The position numbers and the translations under genes are program-made. This document shows positions 30,747 to 47,160 of a DNA stretch of 64,000 nucleotides, in pieces. Origin of the DNA: Eledone cirrhosa (lineage: Eukaryota); the NCBI GenBank assembly GCA_964016885.1, contig OZ024754.1, positions 29,388,001 through 29,452,000 of the forward strand, read 5' to 3'. The notes under the pieces were generated by a model. That model was not told the origin of the DNA, searched no databases, and worked only from the letters and a program-made list of their open reading frames with translations. How positions within the stretch are numbered: the first letter of the stretch is position 1; every line of letters starts with the position of its first letter.

Positions 30747-32100
30747 CTAAATATGGAATGATACGCGATGGGGCCCCACTACAGCTCCGGCGGTCAGAAT
30801 GGAGAAGGCGTTTCCCCGGAGGACAGCAAGGGAGACGCGCTGGAAAAGCCACTCCAACTCGCGGGGCTCACACCTGCTGCTGGCCAGCTCAGCGCCTATG
30901 GTGGTGAGTAGGGAGGTAGCCCTAGGGTTAAGGACATCAGAATTCTCCACTGCCAGAGGTACAACCGCAAACCTGTCGGAGAGCGACCAGTATTTGAGGA
31001 CTTTAGTCTCCTCAGCCCGACGTGCAGCAGAATCCCCGTTAATCGCAGACTGCACCAGGTTGAGGCTGCAGAAAGTGTCGGTGCAGGTGGCATCCCAGAC
31101 GAGGGGTTTACCACCGCGGAATGGGAAGATGGTCATGCCATCTGGCCTTTTGCCGTCCCCTCGGTTCAGCCCCACCGGCTCGAGCTGGGAAGGGAAACCT
31201 GCAGCGTCCAAGCCATGCTTTATGACCTCGTTGAGGGCAGCATGGCATAGAAGGCGGACGGCACTGTGTCGACAGGAAAGCAGGTGGAGGCCGAAAGGGT
31301 CCACGGTAGATCCGCAGCGACATTGGTGTGGCCCGTAGATCCGGAGGCCGAGCCTCAAGGAAATGCCAATACGCAGGCTATTATTGCCTAGCTGCGTGCC
31401 AGTGGTGAAGGAGGGCAGGGCATGGCACCACTGTGGGGTTTGGTGGCCGCATGAAAACAGGCAAGGCTGTGCTCGTCGAGCTGGCGCGTGAGCTTGTCTG
31501 AGGCCATGCTGCACTGGATGGCATCCCAAGTGCTTTGGGGGGACTTGACGTCAACAGGGGGAGAAGGCAGATGGACGTCTACTGGGCTGAGTCCCAGCCG
31601 GTCCCACGTCTTACAGGCGGCCTCACGTTCTCTGAACACAGAGGGTTCTATTGTGTTTTGGAGAACTCTGCTGACGAGGACGCGGCACGAGGTTACCGAT
31701 GAAAGATACGCCGGCAAAGTCAGTGAGATCGGGGACCGGAGGCCAAAGCCGCCATACCTGAGAGGTGAAGTGGCCTGTTGCCATCCAATGACATCAAACT
31801 TGACGTTGCATATCTCCTCGGCTGCTTGCTTCTCGGATACAAGAATCGAGGTCAGCGAGGAGAGATGTGTAAATGTAGCACGGAGCGTTGCGAAGGGTAT
31901 AGAGGAGATTCGGCATGGCGAAACAGTTCCTCAACAGAAAGAGGGCTGGGTGGCTTGTGACAGTCTGGAGTTGTTGAAGCCTGGACCTGATGGTGGAACG
32001 GATGGCCGGCGGGTGGATCGGTGACCCGAGGATGAGGACATCCTCTTTAGGGGTCCCTCGCAGCGTGGAGATGCAGGAACTGCCTTCCCCTCGTCTGCCT
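30747..32100 (-). mobile_element. CRE-like non-LTR retrotransposon 3' portion (RT C-terminus, zinc knuckle, restriction-like endonuclease), frameshifted
   Basis: ILGSPI...ALFLLRNCFAMPNLLYTLRNAP; CRCGSTVDPFGLHLLSC; LEPVGL...KRPDG...LVWDATCTD...AEETKVLKY...PLAVE...LFQRVSLAVLRGNA, the PD-(D/E)xK RLE signature. GC-rich island. Confidence 0.9.
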
Positions 32101-32773
32101 CCTAACAATGGTTTAGTTACTGTAAAAAACACACATCTGGCAAATAGTTACTACATATGCATCTTTACCGTAGAGTAATTATATATATATATATATATAT
32201 ATCTGTATATACACAAACATACACACATGCATACACACACATATATATATACATATAGTTACACATAGATATACACATATAAGCTACCTGTAGATAAATA
32301 TGTATATATGTGTGTATGACGGGACTTAATGTGTAAAGTATTTCATGCAGAATTAATATAATAGAGGTATCAATTGATTTCACGGCCACTGTTCCACAGT
32401 CACATGTTGAATCATTTTGAAGGCAGGGTCCGCTTAGGAGAACAAAGTATATTGCAATAATATATAGGATTCCAGCAATAAACATACTAGTGTTTAATGT
32501 ATAGAAATATATTCTCAAGTACGATATTATACATGTCTCCCTTTTGATTTCTTTTCGACCTTCTATTGTCTATATCTACGAATGTCTCAGGTCTACTTAA
32601 AAACAGTATGAAAGAAATATGTTCAGAAATATCATCACACGTTGCCAAGCATACTTGACTAGAATATCACTTTATATATTTATAGCGATACAGAGATTAA
32701 GAGACAATTCTGTATTTCACTCTTGTACTTTAAATATAACCTCAATGTATGATAACTACAAAAACATGCCCTG

Positions 32774-33338
<565 letters not shown>

Positions 33339-33553
33339 ACAGGTCTGTGTTTTTTTATCATTTATTTTGTTTTGACCTGTTTAGCTTGATTTGCTAAACA
33401 TATATATATATATGCATATATATATATATATTATATATATATATACATATATATACTTATACATATATGTATATATATATATACACACACACATATATAT
33501 ATATATACACATATATGTATATACTGTATATGTATATATATTTATTATATATA

Positions 33554-33585
<32 letters not shown>

Positions 33586-33586
33586 G

Positions 33587-33632
<46 letters not shown>

Positions 33633-34125
33633 CATAAATATTGTCATAAATATTAACATCATCATCATCTTCATCGCCACATCGTTATCATCAGTACTAT
33701 CATCAGAATTATCTTCACCTCCATAACCCACATTACCGTAGTTACTTTACTGCAGTAAGTAAGAGGGTTAATTTGAGCGTTCATATCTGACCTTTTAAAG
33801 TACAAATCTTCAGAAATGTGGACAAAACTGTCCTACGTTAAGATTGTTATTTCCAGATATGCTATGACATTCCTGATACACATCATAAGTCATAAAATAC
33901 AGTTTTGTTTAAACTGACATTTCCACTATCTTATTCCATTCCATTCTAGACAATAGCTTTTCCCATATATACCACTCCAATTTCAATTCTAGCTGGCTTC
34001 AAAGAATTCTTACTGTGATCCCTGGCATAATTGCTTTGATACGGAATGGTGCGTTCTTTACTGTGAATAGAACGTTTCCCGTTGAGGAACAGGAAACTCT
34101 AAGTGAAAGAGACAGGGATAAATGG

Positions 34126-34226
<101 letters not shown>

Positions 34227-34295
34227 ATATATATAATTACATATATGTATATGTACTTTCATATACATGCATATATATGTATGTATATATGTACA

Positions 34296-34329
<34 letters not shown>

Positions 34330-34401
34330 TATATATGTGTGTGTGTGTGTGTGTGCGTGTGTGAGTGCGTGTGCGTATATATATATATATATATATATAT
34401 A

Positions 34402-36049
<1,648 letters not shown>

Positions 36050-36115
36050 ATGTATATATATATATATATAAATATGTTGGCTTTTTGCTACAATGTTTTC
36101 TATACCTTTCATTTA

Positions 36116-36182
<67 letters not shown>

Positions 36183-36184
<2 letters not shown>

Positions 36185-36370
36185 GGAAATGTATGACCCC
36201 AACGGCAGAGCTCAAGGCGTTTCGACGGCTATTTCAGTAAAATTAGAATTTTTAGCCTGAGCTCTGCCATCGGGGTCATACATTTTCCTATTACCCACTC
36301 TACTACCCTAAGTATTGAGTACTCTGGTGCGTTATGGTCCATCTGGTTTCTTACCACAACTCCTTCGTTA
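36183..36370. mobile_element. Fold-back pLTR cassette, same family as 20190-20379
   Basis: GGAAATGTATGACCCCAACGGCAGAGCTCA ... TGAGCTCTGCCATCGGGGTCATACATTTTCC, plus a right-hand extension. Confidence 0.8.
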
Positions 36371-36379
36371 TATATATAG

Positions 36380-36629
36380 TTCCAATACTATGGGTGTGGT
36401 TAGAATGTCTCAGGAAAGAATCGCCGGACAGATTTTACGGGCAAAAGCAACCGACAGAAGACCCAGGAGTAGACTTCGAGCAAGATGGTTGGAAAACATC
36501 CGTGAGCATGGCCGGTCAAACTTGGGATCCTCTCGGATCAGTTGGAGAGGGTTGCTTATGACAGGACCCGCTGAAGGAGTGCTTGAGGAGCCTGTCTCCT
36601 CTCAGGAACAAGTTGGCGGAGTAGAAGAA

Positions 36630-36632
<3 letters not shown>
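36380..36632 (+). mobile_element. RTE-like LINE 3' fragment
   Basis: Translates VVRMSQERIAGQIL...RRPRSRLRARWLENI, resembling the RTE C-terminal GHV.RM...R..GRP..RW region; GAA-type tail. Confidence 0.6.
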
Positions 36633-36681
<49 letters not shown>

Positions 36682-37714
36682 GAATATATATGAATTTATC
36701 GTTAGTACAGATTAAAAGTTTAAGCAATAATTTATTGATTTTACCATAAACGGGTTCTTCTAAAATATATATATATATGAAAACAGGGAGAAAAAGACGA
36801 TTATTAGGAAAAAAAAATTTTTTTCCCCTTTTTATTTTTTCTCTCTTTTTTCTGGGTTAGAAAATGATTAAAACGAAATATTTTACTTTGTGTGAAGTGT
36901 TAAGGTTGATTTATTTATTAATTAACAATGGCATTTATTTATTTATTTATATATTTAATAAACTGTCTATTACCGGTTTCAGCATTTTTATGCATTATCA
37001 AATGATAATAATATGTATTGGTATAGAATGGTGGTGTCGGACATGTTACAGAAATAGCCGTCGAAACGGCTTGAGCTCTGCCGTCGGGGTCATACTAGTT
37101 CATATATATATATAAAGATAAGCAGAACAAGTAAAATTCAATCAATTCTTTAAAATACATAAAAAAATATAATATAAATATTTACCTCTCCTAATACCAT
37201 TGAACAACCTTGAATCATAGACAACCTATGTATCTTTAGGGGTACCTAGTATCCTTGGACATATTAACTTCATATATATATATATATATATATATGTTAC
37301 TAGATATTAATTCTTTATAATTATCTCCAAATTATTTGTCGAGCAATATTGGCCACGACTGCTGCTATGGTAGCAGGCAGGCCGCTGTCTTATTAGCAAA
37401 CCACTTTCCACTGATTGACCTCGATGTCACGTGATTGATTCTTTTTGAATTTGCCACCGACGCAGAGGCAGTGATTTTCTCAATGGCTAGGAATTCAGTC
37501 CACGCTTTGCTATTTTCTATCCACTGAATTATTTTTGAATAAGTTTCCAGAGTCCCCGCTTTGCCTGGATACTTAGATGAGAATAGCCTTCCCTGACGAC
37601 GAAATGATTCTCAATGTTTTCTTCGGAAAATATATTTATTCCATTTCAGAAACTAATGAGTTGGAAGTGATATTTTAGTAAGTAAGTTAATTTTATAATT
37701 TTCTTATTTTAATG

Positions 37715-37755
<41 letters not shown>

Positions 37756-38170
37756 TTTCTCAGTTTCAGAAAAAATGAAAAGAAATTATATATACACCAC
37801 AATCTGTGGCATAATTTCAGTTTAGTTAAATCTACTGATAATGTATTTCTCAGCACAAGGTTACGGTAGAAGAGATTTGCTCATGCTACCGCACAGCTAG
37901 ATTTCGATCATGGAACATTGCAGATCGTTGCAAAGGGAATATCATTGCCACATCTCGATGCTTTATTAAAGGCATTTTTTCAATGAATGACATAAATCAC
38001 AAACATGTGACTCTTTAATGATATTTCCATAGAAAACATAACATCCAAAATTCGATGTCAATAACAGAGTAAAACTTGTTCAAAACGTAAAAGCTTCGAC
38101 GATTTTTTTCTGTTAGAGCTGAGGTGTGTGTGTGTATATATATATATACACACATATATATATATATATA

Positions 38171-38219
<49 letters not shown>

Positions 38220-38319
38220 TATACACATATATATATATGTACACATATACATATATATATGTGCATATATATATATATATTGCTTAAACTTTAATCTGTT
38301 ATTTTAATAAATAAATATA

Positions 38320-38352
<33 letters not shown>

Positions 38353-38780
38353 ACATATATATACATATTAATAAATATATATATATATATTAATAAATAT
38401 ATATATATGTACACATATACATATATATGCATATATATATGTGTGTGTACATTTATATATCTCTATATATATATAGAATATATATGTATATAGTGTGTTT
38501 GTGTGCGTGTTTGTCAGTGTATGTGAATCTAAAGAGAATTTTATATAATGAAGCTGTGCTATTAGATGTATACTTACATAAATAGGGGACAAATTATATT
38601 TGATGTGAAATAGGGTGAAGTTAATAGTGTAGAAATGAGCTACGGAAAATTGATGGCATAAAACCTATGTGAACAGCTGAGAAAGGTCTATATTTTGAAA
38701 TAATATTAAAATTGTCATAAAAATATTAAGTGCCTTTATAGAACATTAATCATTATATATATATATAAATCTTTACATAA

Positions 38781-38811
<31 letters not shown>

Positions 38812-38813
<2 letters not shown>

Positions 38814-40418
38814 TGGTTATGCACGAGTGCATTAAGGTTTTCCAGGACACAGTGTTATGTACCGTGTAGGGGAAGGTCAGCTTACAACAGAGTGGTGCTC
38901 AATGAAATGCAGAAAATAGGTGTATATTCCAGTTTAGCTATACTCCGGGGCGTGTATAAAGAATCAAAAAGAACAGAAAGATGCAGTAAAAGAGATTTAT
39001 TCGGTTCTAACGTACGTTTCAATAGACATCAATTTGCCTAGATCTCGCTGCATCTATAATATTATATAGTTAGTAGATCATTCGACATCCAATGCATAAT
39101 CAATTCCATATCATCAGAGATTATATTTACTGTACCAGAATGTTCAGGTTTTTATAGGAATTCATGTGAAGTTGAAGTAGAGAAGAAGGAGGATGTGACA
39201 AAGACGAGAGAGATAGGGGGGTTTTTCATGGTTGTTGATGTTAAACAGAGGGGAGGATAAAATACGATAATGAAGTCTAGATATGGACTAGTCCAACTGT
39301 GTGTGTGCTAGGGAGATGGTAGACGTTGATAGGTTTATGATCTATGATAGATGGAGGCAGGGGAGATTAGGCCGAGTGACGTGTAAAGTATGCAGGAGAT
39401 GTTGAATAGAAGGAAGATAGAGGAAAGCAGAAGTCGCAGGATCAAATCAAGCCAGGTTTGTATTTCGAGAACGTAGCCTTGAGTCTATGATTGCAATATA
39501 GAGTCCTTTCCGTTCTATTGTTGAGAAGAGTATAATTCGATTTTAGTATGTAAAATAGCTCCATATTGCATAATCGGCAGTAAGGCTGGCCTGCATATAT
39601 ATGCGGAAGCACTAGAGAGTTTTGTCCATTTCAAAGTGTATTGCAGGTTACTTTCGCGCAACTGCCAAATTGTATTGGCTAAGGTAGTTACGGAACGGTA
39701 TTTGATGTTCTTCATCGAACTACGGTGTTGGTACCAACGAGATTTAAAAGTGGTAGAGGTACAGCCGATATAGTGCCATCTCCGGTTATCCGATTCAACG
39801 GTGCATTGATACATTCATTCCATGCATCTGTTATTCAGAGGGCAACGATCAGGTAGGTTGCAGTTGCACTTATCAGCTCTTGTAGTATTATTATCTTGTA
39901 CAGGTTGCGTTAGGTTTATATGTGTGTCTGCTGCAGGAGGGTTTACATTCAGTGGTTGAGAATTTGAGGAAGTGTTAATGTAGTTTGGGGTGCTTCGTGT
40001 GGATGTGCTGACTAATCGTTTGGAGTTAAGTTTTTTAATAATTAGATCGAGATTGGGTGCTGTAGAATATGAAAGCTTAATGGACCTTAGATTTAGTATT
40101 TTAGCGTATCGATGTGCAGGAGGAAAATGTGTTTTGATTAAATTGAAGAAAAGTGAAGAAATTTTAGGAGATGTTGAGGCATTGTATATTGGGTTGTACC
40201 AAAGGTAGCTACGATTCCGCTTTCTAGCTAGGTTGGGTTGTGTGCTTCTATTTCGACTATGCCTGTGCGGAAAGTGTATGTTGTGTATCGTACCTATATT
40301 ATTGTTTATGCTAGTGCGTTGTGAGCCCTTATTTCTATATTGGTGTGCTGGATCTATGTACTCTATTTTGTCTTGGTACCCAGCCACCTTAAGCGCGTTG
40401 TTATAGTAGTAAGCGTGC
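38812..40418 (-). mobile_element. Penelope-like element 3' part (RT thumb end, CxCx5C linker, GIY-YIG, pLTR)
   Basis: [30 protein letters not shown]...[23 protein letters not shown]...YIGCTSTTFKSRWYQH; flanked by (TA)n and (CA)n(TA)n. Confidence 0.92.
39006..39120 (-). ncRNA. Type I hammerhead-like motif with extended stem II region
   Basis: Minus strand reads TCT-CTGATGA-[~90 nt]-GAAAC GTAC GTT-AGA, with a palindromic stem III loop. Confidence 0.65.
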
Positions 40419-40419
40419 T

Positions 40420-40552
<133 letters not shown>

Positions 40553-40723
40553 ATATATATATAAGTTTTTACATAAATTAATACATATATATACATATAT
40601 ATATATAATATATATATTTATTAAAATAACAGATTAAAGTTTATATATATATATATATATATAATCATTATATATATATAAATATATATATATATATAAA
40701 TATATATATAAATATGCATACAT

Positions 40724-40769
<46 letters not shown>

Positions 40770-41152
40770 GTATGCATATTTATATATATAATGATTAATG
40801 TTCTCTCAACACATATTTTATATATAACATATGATTGTATGTATGTATGTATGTATGTATCTATGTATGTATGTATGTATGTATGTATGTATGTATGTAT
40901 GTATATATGTATGCATGTATGTATATAGTGTTGAAAGGTTTTGTCGAACAGATAAAGAGAGCAGTGTGCTTTATGTGAACTACAGAGCTAAAATATTATA
41001 GTTATTACCTTCAACACAAAAGTGCTGCTACCACTGGTTTCCAACCGTTCATGTGGGTTAATTGTGCATTTGCATATCCACACACGTAATGTTCGTTCAG
41101 GTAAAATTACGCATGTAGATAATAACTATAATATATATATATATATAAATTT

Positions 41153-41950
41153 ACCAGGGGTCCGGGTAAATTTTCAATACCCGAATTACTTGATCGTCTC
41201 TTTTGGCTATGCGAATGATTGTTTAACCATCGTCTCAGTGTGTTTGGCCTTTAACGTTTGTTATAGCTTTGGTTCATCTGAATCATTGAGCACTTGCCGC
41301 ACATCTCGGAGGTTGTTTTTCGTTATTTCGTGGGCCGAAATGCGAATCTCAATAATTTATGTTTGTATTTATCGCCAGACTCTAGCTATTGACCAGTTAA
41401 TTTTCTTGATTTTTTAGTTGATTCTATTGACTGATGAATAGCTTATGTTAATTTTAACCCTTCTGTTGAGAACTCTATTCGATTTGTGATGTTTTTGCTT
41501 TCTTGCAAAAATATACACAACTGAATTCATTCGCCTGATATAGGGGTTGCCTCCCTTGCCGATCCCCACGTGGGGTCAGCAATAGTCAGTCCTTGTATTA
41601 ACATTGAACTAAAACCTGTTGAGAAAGTGGCTTCCTTGTTCAATCATCTTACCAGAAGCCTGACATTATTTATGTAAGCGGACGGTACTTGATTTAGGAG
41701 CCGCAGAAACCCATATACTGGATTTTACCAACCTTCCAGGGGTCCGGGTGAATTTTCAATACTCGAATTACTTGATCGTCTCTTTTGGCTATGCGAATGA
41801 TTGTTTAACCATCGTCTCAGTGTGTTTGGCCTTTAACGTTTGTTATAGCTCTGGTTCATCTGAATCATTGAGCACTTGCCGCACATCTCGGAGGTTGTTT
41901 TTCGTTATTTCGTTGACCGAAATGCGAATCTCGATAATTTATGTTTGTTT
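41153..41950. repeat. ~215-bp direct duplication (41153-41367 / 41736-41950) bounded by short (TA)n
   Basis: Near-identical copies starting CCAGGGGTCCGGGT; the ORF track shows duplicated peptides. Confidence 0.9.
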
Positions 41951-41965
41951 ATATATATATATATA

Positions 41966-42427
41966 TTAGGTTAACGTTTGATATAGCAGGAAGAGAGTAT
42001 TAACGTTTCGGAAGCTAGTCCTTCATCAGAAGAAAGAATGAGAAATAAGATAGATTGAGGGGACGGTTGAGTTGGAATTGGAAAAAGTGTCTTTAGATAA
42101 AAATAACAGGTCCATTCTCTTGCAAAACTGTTGGTGCTGTCGTTTTGTGCGTGGCTTAATTTTTAGAAAAGTGGATGATGGAGCGCGTCTACCTGAAATG
42201 GAAAAAAATATATTTTGTAAAAAGAGCTATACTTGTGCACGTGCGTAAGCATGTGTTTGTGTGTCTGTGTGTGTGTGCTATTATACGTCCGTACGAAGCT
42301 AAAAAGAAATGTGTGTGTATATGTGAGTAAAAGGGGGTGTGTGCATGTAAGTACGAAGCTATGAGCAAAAGTATGTTAATATAAGGGTGTGTATGTGTGT
42401 ATAAAGAGCAGCGAAGAGAAAAGTGGA

Positions 42428-42428
<1 letters not shown>
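41966..42428 (-). repeat. PLE pLTR with minimal HHR (about 41998-42034); sister copy at 55230-55450 (+)
   Basis: Minus strand reads TCTT-CTGATGA-A GGAC TAGC TTCC-GAAAC GTT-AATA; flanked by (TA)n. Confidence 0.8.
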
Positions 42429-42494
<66 letters not shown>

Positions 42495-42963
42495 CAATAT
42501 ACATAGCACGTGGGAAAATGAATTTTCCAAATATTTTTCTGAAATAAAACAAGGAACCACGACTCATGTATTTATTACTATAAAATAGTTCTGAAAAAAT
42601 TATAAATATAACTCGCTTTGGGCTGAAAAAGAAATGGATAGTTGCCTGTGGGAATTGAACTCATATTTGATTCCAAAACCGAAAGCAGTGCTGCCACTAC
42701 ACTAAAGCAAATACTCCAAATTCTGGATAATAGTGAGCAAATATGTGGTCCGGGGACTTAAAAGGTGGGACGTCTCCGCTGCTACAGCCTTAACCAGATA
42801 GCAGCCGATAGTTCAGCAGCGGTAACTAAATGGGTATTCCAATTTTCGTCTGTATCCTGATAGTTGTACCCACGGCTTAATCACAGCTATTTTACGTGCC
42901 GTTTTCTCTTTTATACCGAACACACGCATTGAAATAATTATATATATCTATGTATATGTGTGA

Positions 42964-42996
<33 letters not shown>

Positions 42997-44126
42997 TGTA
43001 TGTATGTGCGTGTGTGTCTGTGCATGTGTGTGTTTGTATGTATATACATATATGTGTGTGTGTGGGTGTGCGTGCGGACCTGCATTGGGAGTGTATGCAT
43101 GCGGATTGATGTATGAGTGCGTACTTGACGTATATGGTAATGAAGGTAAAGAAATAAATCTCCAGCATTTGTACACAATTTCATATTTATTTTCATTAAG
43201 AATATTTTCAATATGCGACTGAATGAAATGGTATCTTTCTAAAAATAACCTCTCATTTACATTCAGTGGTGTTTACTCCTGGAGAAAATTAACAGCAAAC
43301 TTAAACAGCTTGAAAACAGCAACGAAAAATCAATAGAATCATCAAATGCTTTAAAAGATCAGCTAGAAAAAATAATTTCATAGTTATTCGGCATCCAGTG
43401 GAAAATGGACGTATTTTATACTATTTTTTATACTGTCTCGTTTTATTTTATTTTATTTTATTTTATTTCACAATATAAATGGTACCAGATAAATATTGTT
43501 ATGTAGTAAAATATCGGAAAACATCTTATTTGTTAGGAACTGTTGATTTCAGGGTGATTTGAAACATATTATGTGAAGGTGCCTTAGTTGTTGTGTTGTT
43601 TGGTTTCAGATTGTGACTTGGATTTCTAGAATGAGCAGCGCAGTGTACATTTATTTCACCTTGTCCCTGCAATTCAGCTTTGTAACACACTGACTCTGTG
43701 AGAATTACTTTAAGGACACACGTGATTATGGCAAGCTCAACCATCTGGATTGAGTCAACAACTGGAACATATATCGCGGTAATCGACGGAAGCCCCAAAC
43801 TTACATATTAAGAAAGAAAAAAATATAAATATACTGCATATATATATATTTCGTTGAAAAATATATCAATATGCCTATACATGTAGATATATTGCCCTTG
43901 GTATGTATTATGTCTTTTTCCATATAGCGCTAGCCTCGGGACCCCCCTGCTGGTCATTTAACCTTGTTCTGGTAACGCAGCTCGATAGAGTATGCAACTA
44001 CTGATATACTCATGTTTATAGGTACTGAAGATTCCTGCCATGGTGTATGGATGAAACACTGTTAGCTAATAAAACTATGTATTTCTAAGCACTCCTTGGT
44101 TATTCCTATAACTATATATATATAAA

Positions 44127-44894
44127 CTAGCAGAATGGCCCGGCGTTGCTCGGGATTTTCTATAGGGTTCTTATATATTTGATATATATTTATCCTTATC
44201 GAACCTCGTGAAATAAATACGTTTGTTTATATTTTGTTATTGTGTATGCAAAAATATCTGTCCATAAATATATAATTATATATATATATATATTAAAATA
44301 ACAGACTAAAGTTTAAGCAAAGAATCACTGCTTTCACCCTTAACGGGATATTCTACCTAAAAGCAGTATGCAGTACACTAAGAGTAATTGATGTAATCTT
44401 TGGCCTTGTTTGTTTATATTTTGTTTTTGTGTATGCAAAAATATCTGTACACGAATATCTATATTAAAATAACATATTAATGTTTAAGCAAAGAATCGCT
44501 GCTTTCAACCTTAACGGGATCTTCTGAAACTAAAAAAATCAATCTGGAAAACAGGAAGACGATACTTTGGTTCGTGAAGACGTTCCTTGGCATAAGAATA
44601 TATATACACACACACACACTGATCGCGTCATAATGACGTAATGCAGACAGTCAGGCATACAGACAGATATTATGAAGGCGCGACGTCATATCTATGTATC
44701 TATCTAAAAAGAGAAAGACTAAGAGAAAGAGAAAGAGATCGCTAAATCGCCTAATGAGATCCCTAGGGCATTGAAAATTTGAAATTTTTTTGCTCAAAAC
44801 ACTTCCGGGGTCATACGAGTTACATGTATAAAGTTTGAAAAAAACCGGTTGGGTACTTCTCGAGTTTTAGGGAAACATACACACAGACATCCTC

Positions 44895-44905
<11 letters not shown>
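44127..44905 (-). mobile_element. Non-autonomous Helitron carrying captured PLE pLTR fragments
   Basis: 3' end on the minus strand is CCCGAGCAACGCCGGG (hairpin)-CCATTCTG-CTAG|T; the other end (ACACAGACATCCTCTGTTTTATATA) runs into (TA)n. Internal pLTR matches at 44160-44203, 44292-44352 and 44462-44597. Confidence 0.75.
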
Positions 44906-44986
<81 letters not shown>

Positions 44987-45380
44987 CGATATGTGACACA
45001 TATTGCAATATTCAGTTGCTTCATATGTACTATGTGTGTGTCACAGACTGAGTTTGAATGTGTCAACAGTATAATGGGTGTGTCACCTTCGCAGATGTAG
45101 AGGACAACCTCACCATGAGTTCTCTCCTTCCTTTCTGAACAAAATACAATATATTTTGGAATATGTATTTCCGCATCTGCTATACTGCTTGTCAGGTGCG
45201 TTTCAGTTATAAAAGTTCTTTGTAGAATTATGGTGGAAGACTTTTAGACATATATAAATATATTTAAATAAACAGTTTTGTATCGTAAAATCAGAGGCCG
45301 TTTCAGGCTGATTGTTATCAAAAGTCTTAATACTCAGGTGTTTAGACCATGTTGCATACGATTCAAATAAACTGCTTCTG

Positions 45381-45432
<52 letters not shown>

Positions 45433-46030
45433 CAGAAGCAGTATATTTATATCTATATATTTATATATATATACAAATATCAGAATTTCAATAAAAAGTA
45501 ACTATGACAAACATTATCTCGTGAACAAAAGACAATTTGAATAAACACAGTTACTGAATGATGGCTTGCGTTTAACATATATCTTTTCAGTCACATTCAA
45601 TGACACCTGCAGGAAGTATAAAAAACACCATAAACATTTAGTTGACATTTGCAATTCAAAGAGACCTTCTGTTACCATATTGCAGCTGTCAAAAACATGC
45701 CAAATATTTATTTAGATGTGAGACATTAGGTGTTTTGTAGTTGTTTTCCGCTGAAAAAAAAAACCTTTGTTATGCTACAAAGAAGAACATACATAGATTC
45801 TCGCCCTTTCATTGCAACAGCCATTTCTCGTGTATATATATATATATATATATTTGTGTGTGTGTGTGTGTGTGTGAGTTTTGTATACATATATATTTCA
45901 AAAGACAAAATACTGAAATAATTCCCAAGAAGTTATATATATATATAAATGGAAATATAACCGAGATTCCTGCTAAAGCTTATAACACTATTATACATAT
46001 ATATATATATATATACACACACACATATAT

Positions 46031-46105
<75 letters not shown>

Positions 46106-46157
46106 ATATATATATACATATATATAATATATATATATATATATATACATATATATA

Positions 46158-46190
<33 letters not shown>

Positions 46191-46191
46191 A

Positions 46192-46437
46192 AGTGACACA
46201 GAGGAGACTGAGGTTAGCTGGACATGCTCACCGACATCCAGAGTTGACATTGCACTCAGTGCTCCTGTGGGAGCCCCTACATGGACACACTGGAAGAGGA
46301 AGACCAAGGTTAACGTATGTTGATGCCCTAAGGACAGACACTGGTCTGTTGGAGACGCAGGACATGGCAGCCATAATGAGGGACAGAGACCGCTGGAGAG
46401 AACTCGTCCATGGATCTCTGGAATTTTACCCGTCCTA

Positions 46438-46438
<1 letters not shown>
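46192..46438 (+). mobile_element. RTE-like LINE 3' fragment
   Basis: [14 protein letters not shown]...LLWEPLHG...[16 protein letters not shown]...MRDRDRWR; embedded in (TA)n. Confidence 0.88.
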
Positions 46439-46469
<31 letters not shown>

Positions 46470-46471
<2 letters not shown>

Positions 46472-46679
46472 CGAAGGAAATGTGGTAAGGAACCAGGTGG
46501 ACTATAACGCACCAAAGTACTCAATACTTAGCCTTAGGGTAGTAGAGTGGGTAATAGGAACGAGTAGGAACCCGACGGCTGAGGTCAAGTCGTTTCGACG
46601 GCTAATTGTGGACTAAAACTTTTAGTCCAGAATTAGCCGTCGAAACGGCTTGAGCTTAGCCGTCGGGGTCCTACTCGTT

Positions 46680-46683
<4 letters not shown>
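46470..46683. mobile_element. Fold-back pLTR cassette, same family as 20190-20379
   Basis: About 46554-46618 is the reverse complement of 46620-46683, with a left extension. Single arms also occur at 37049-37102 and 46981-47115. Confidence 0.85.
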
Positions 46684-46749
<66 letters not shown>

Positions 46750-47113
46750 TATATTTTATATATAAGAAATAAAACAAGCCGATCGTTTGATAGGCCGAAA
46801 GAAACAATTCTTTCATTGGTCTTTCCATTCTTGATACTAACTGTCGATCACATGGCATAAGGAGCAACGCTTCGCAACGCCAAGTCCAAGAAACGAACCC
46901 ACTATCTTATGATTCTGATCCAACACCATAACTATGTTCAGAAGCCGCCATATATATATATACACATTTATATATATTCCAGAAATAGCCGTCGAGACGG
47001 CTTGAGCTCTACCGTCGGGATTAAACCTTTTACTATTACCCACTCTACTACCCTAAGTATTGAGTACTCTGGTGCGTTATGGTCAATCTGGTTCCTTACC
47101 ACACCTCCTTCGT

Positions 47114-47159
<46 letters not shown>

Positions 47160-47160
<1 letters not shown>

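Noticed and set aside
43526-43798. 90-aa minus-strand ORF that could include a host exon (TTCCAG|...CAAG|GTGAAA)
   Set aside because: No recognisable domain and no partner exons found; needs RNA-seq or BLASTX.
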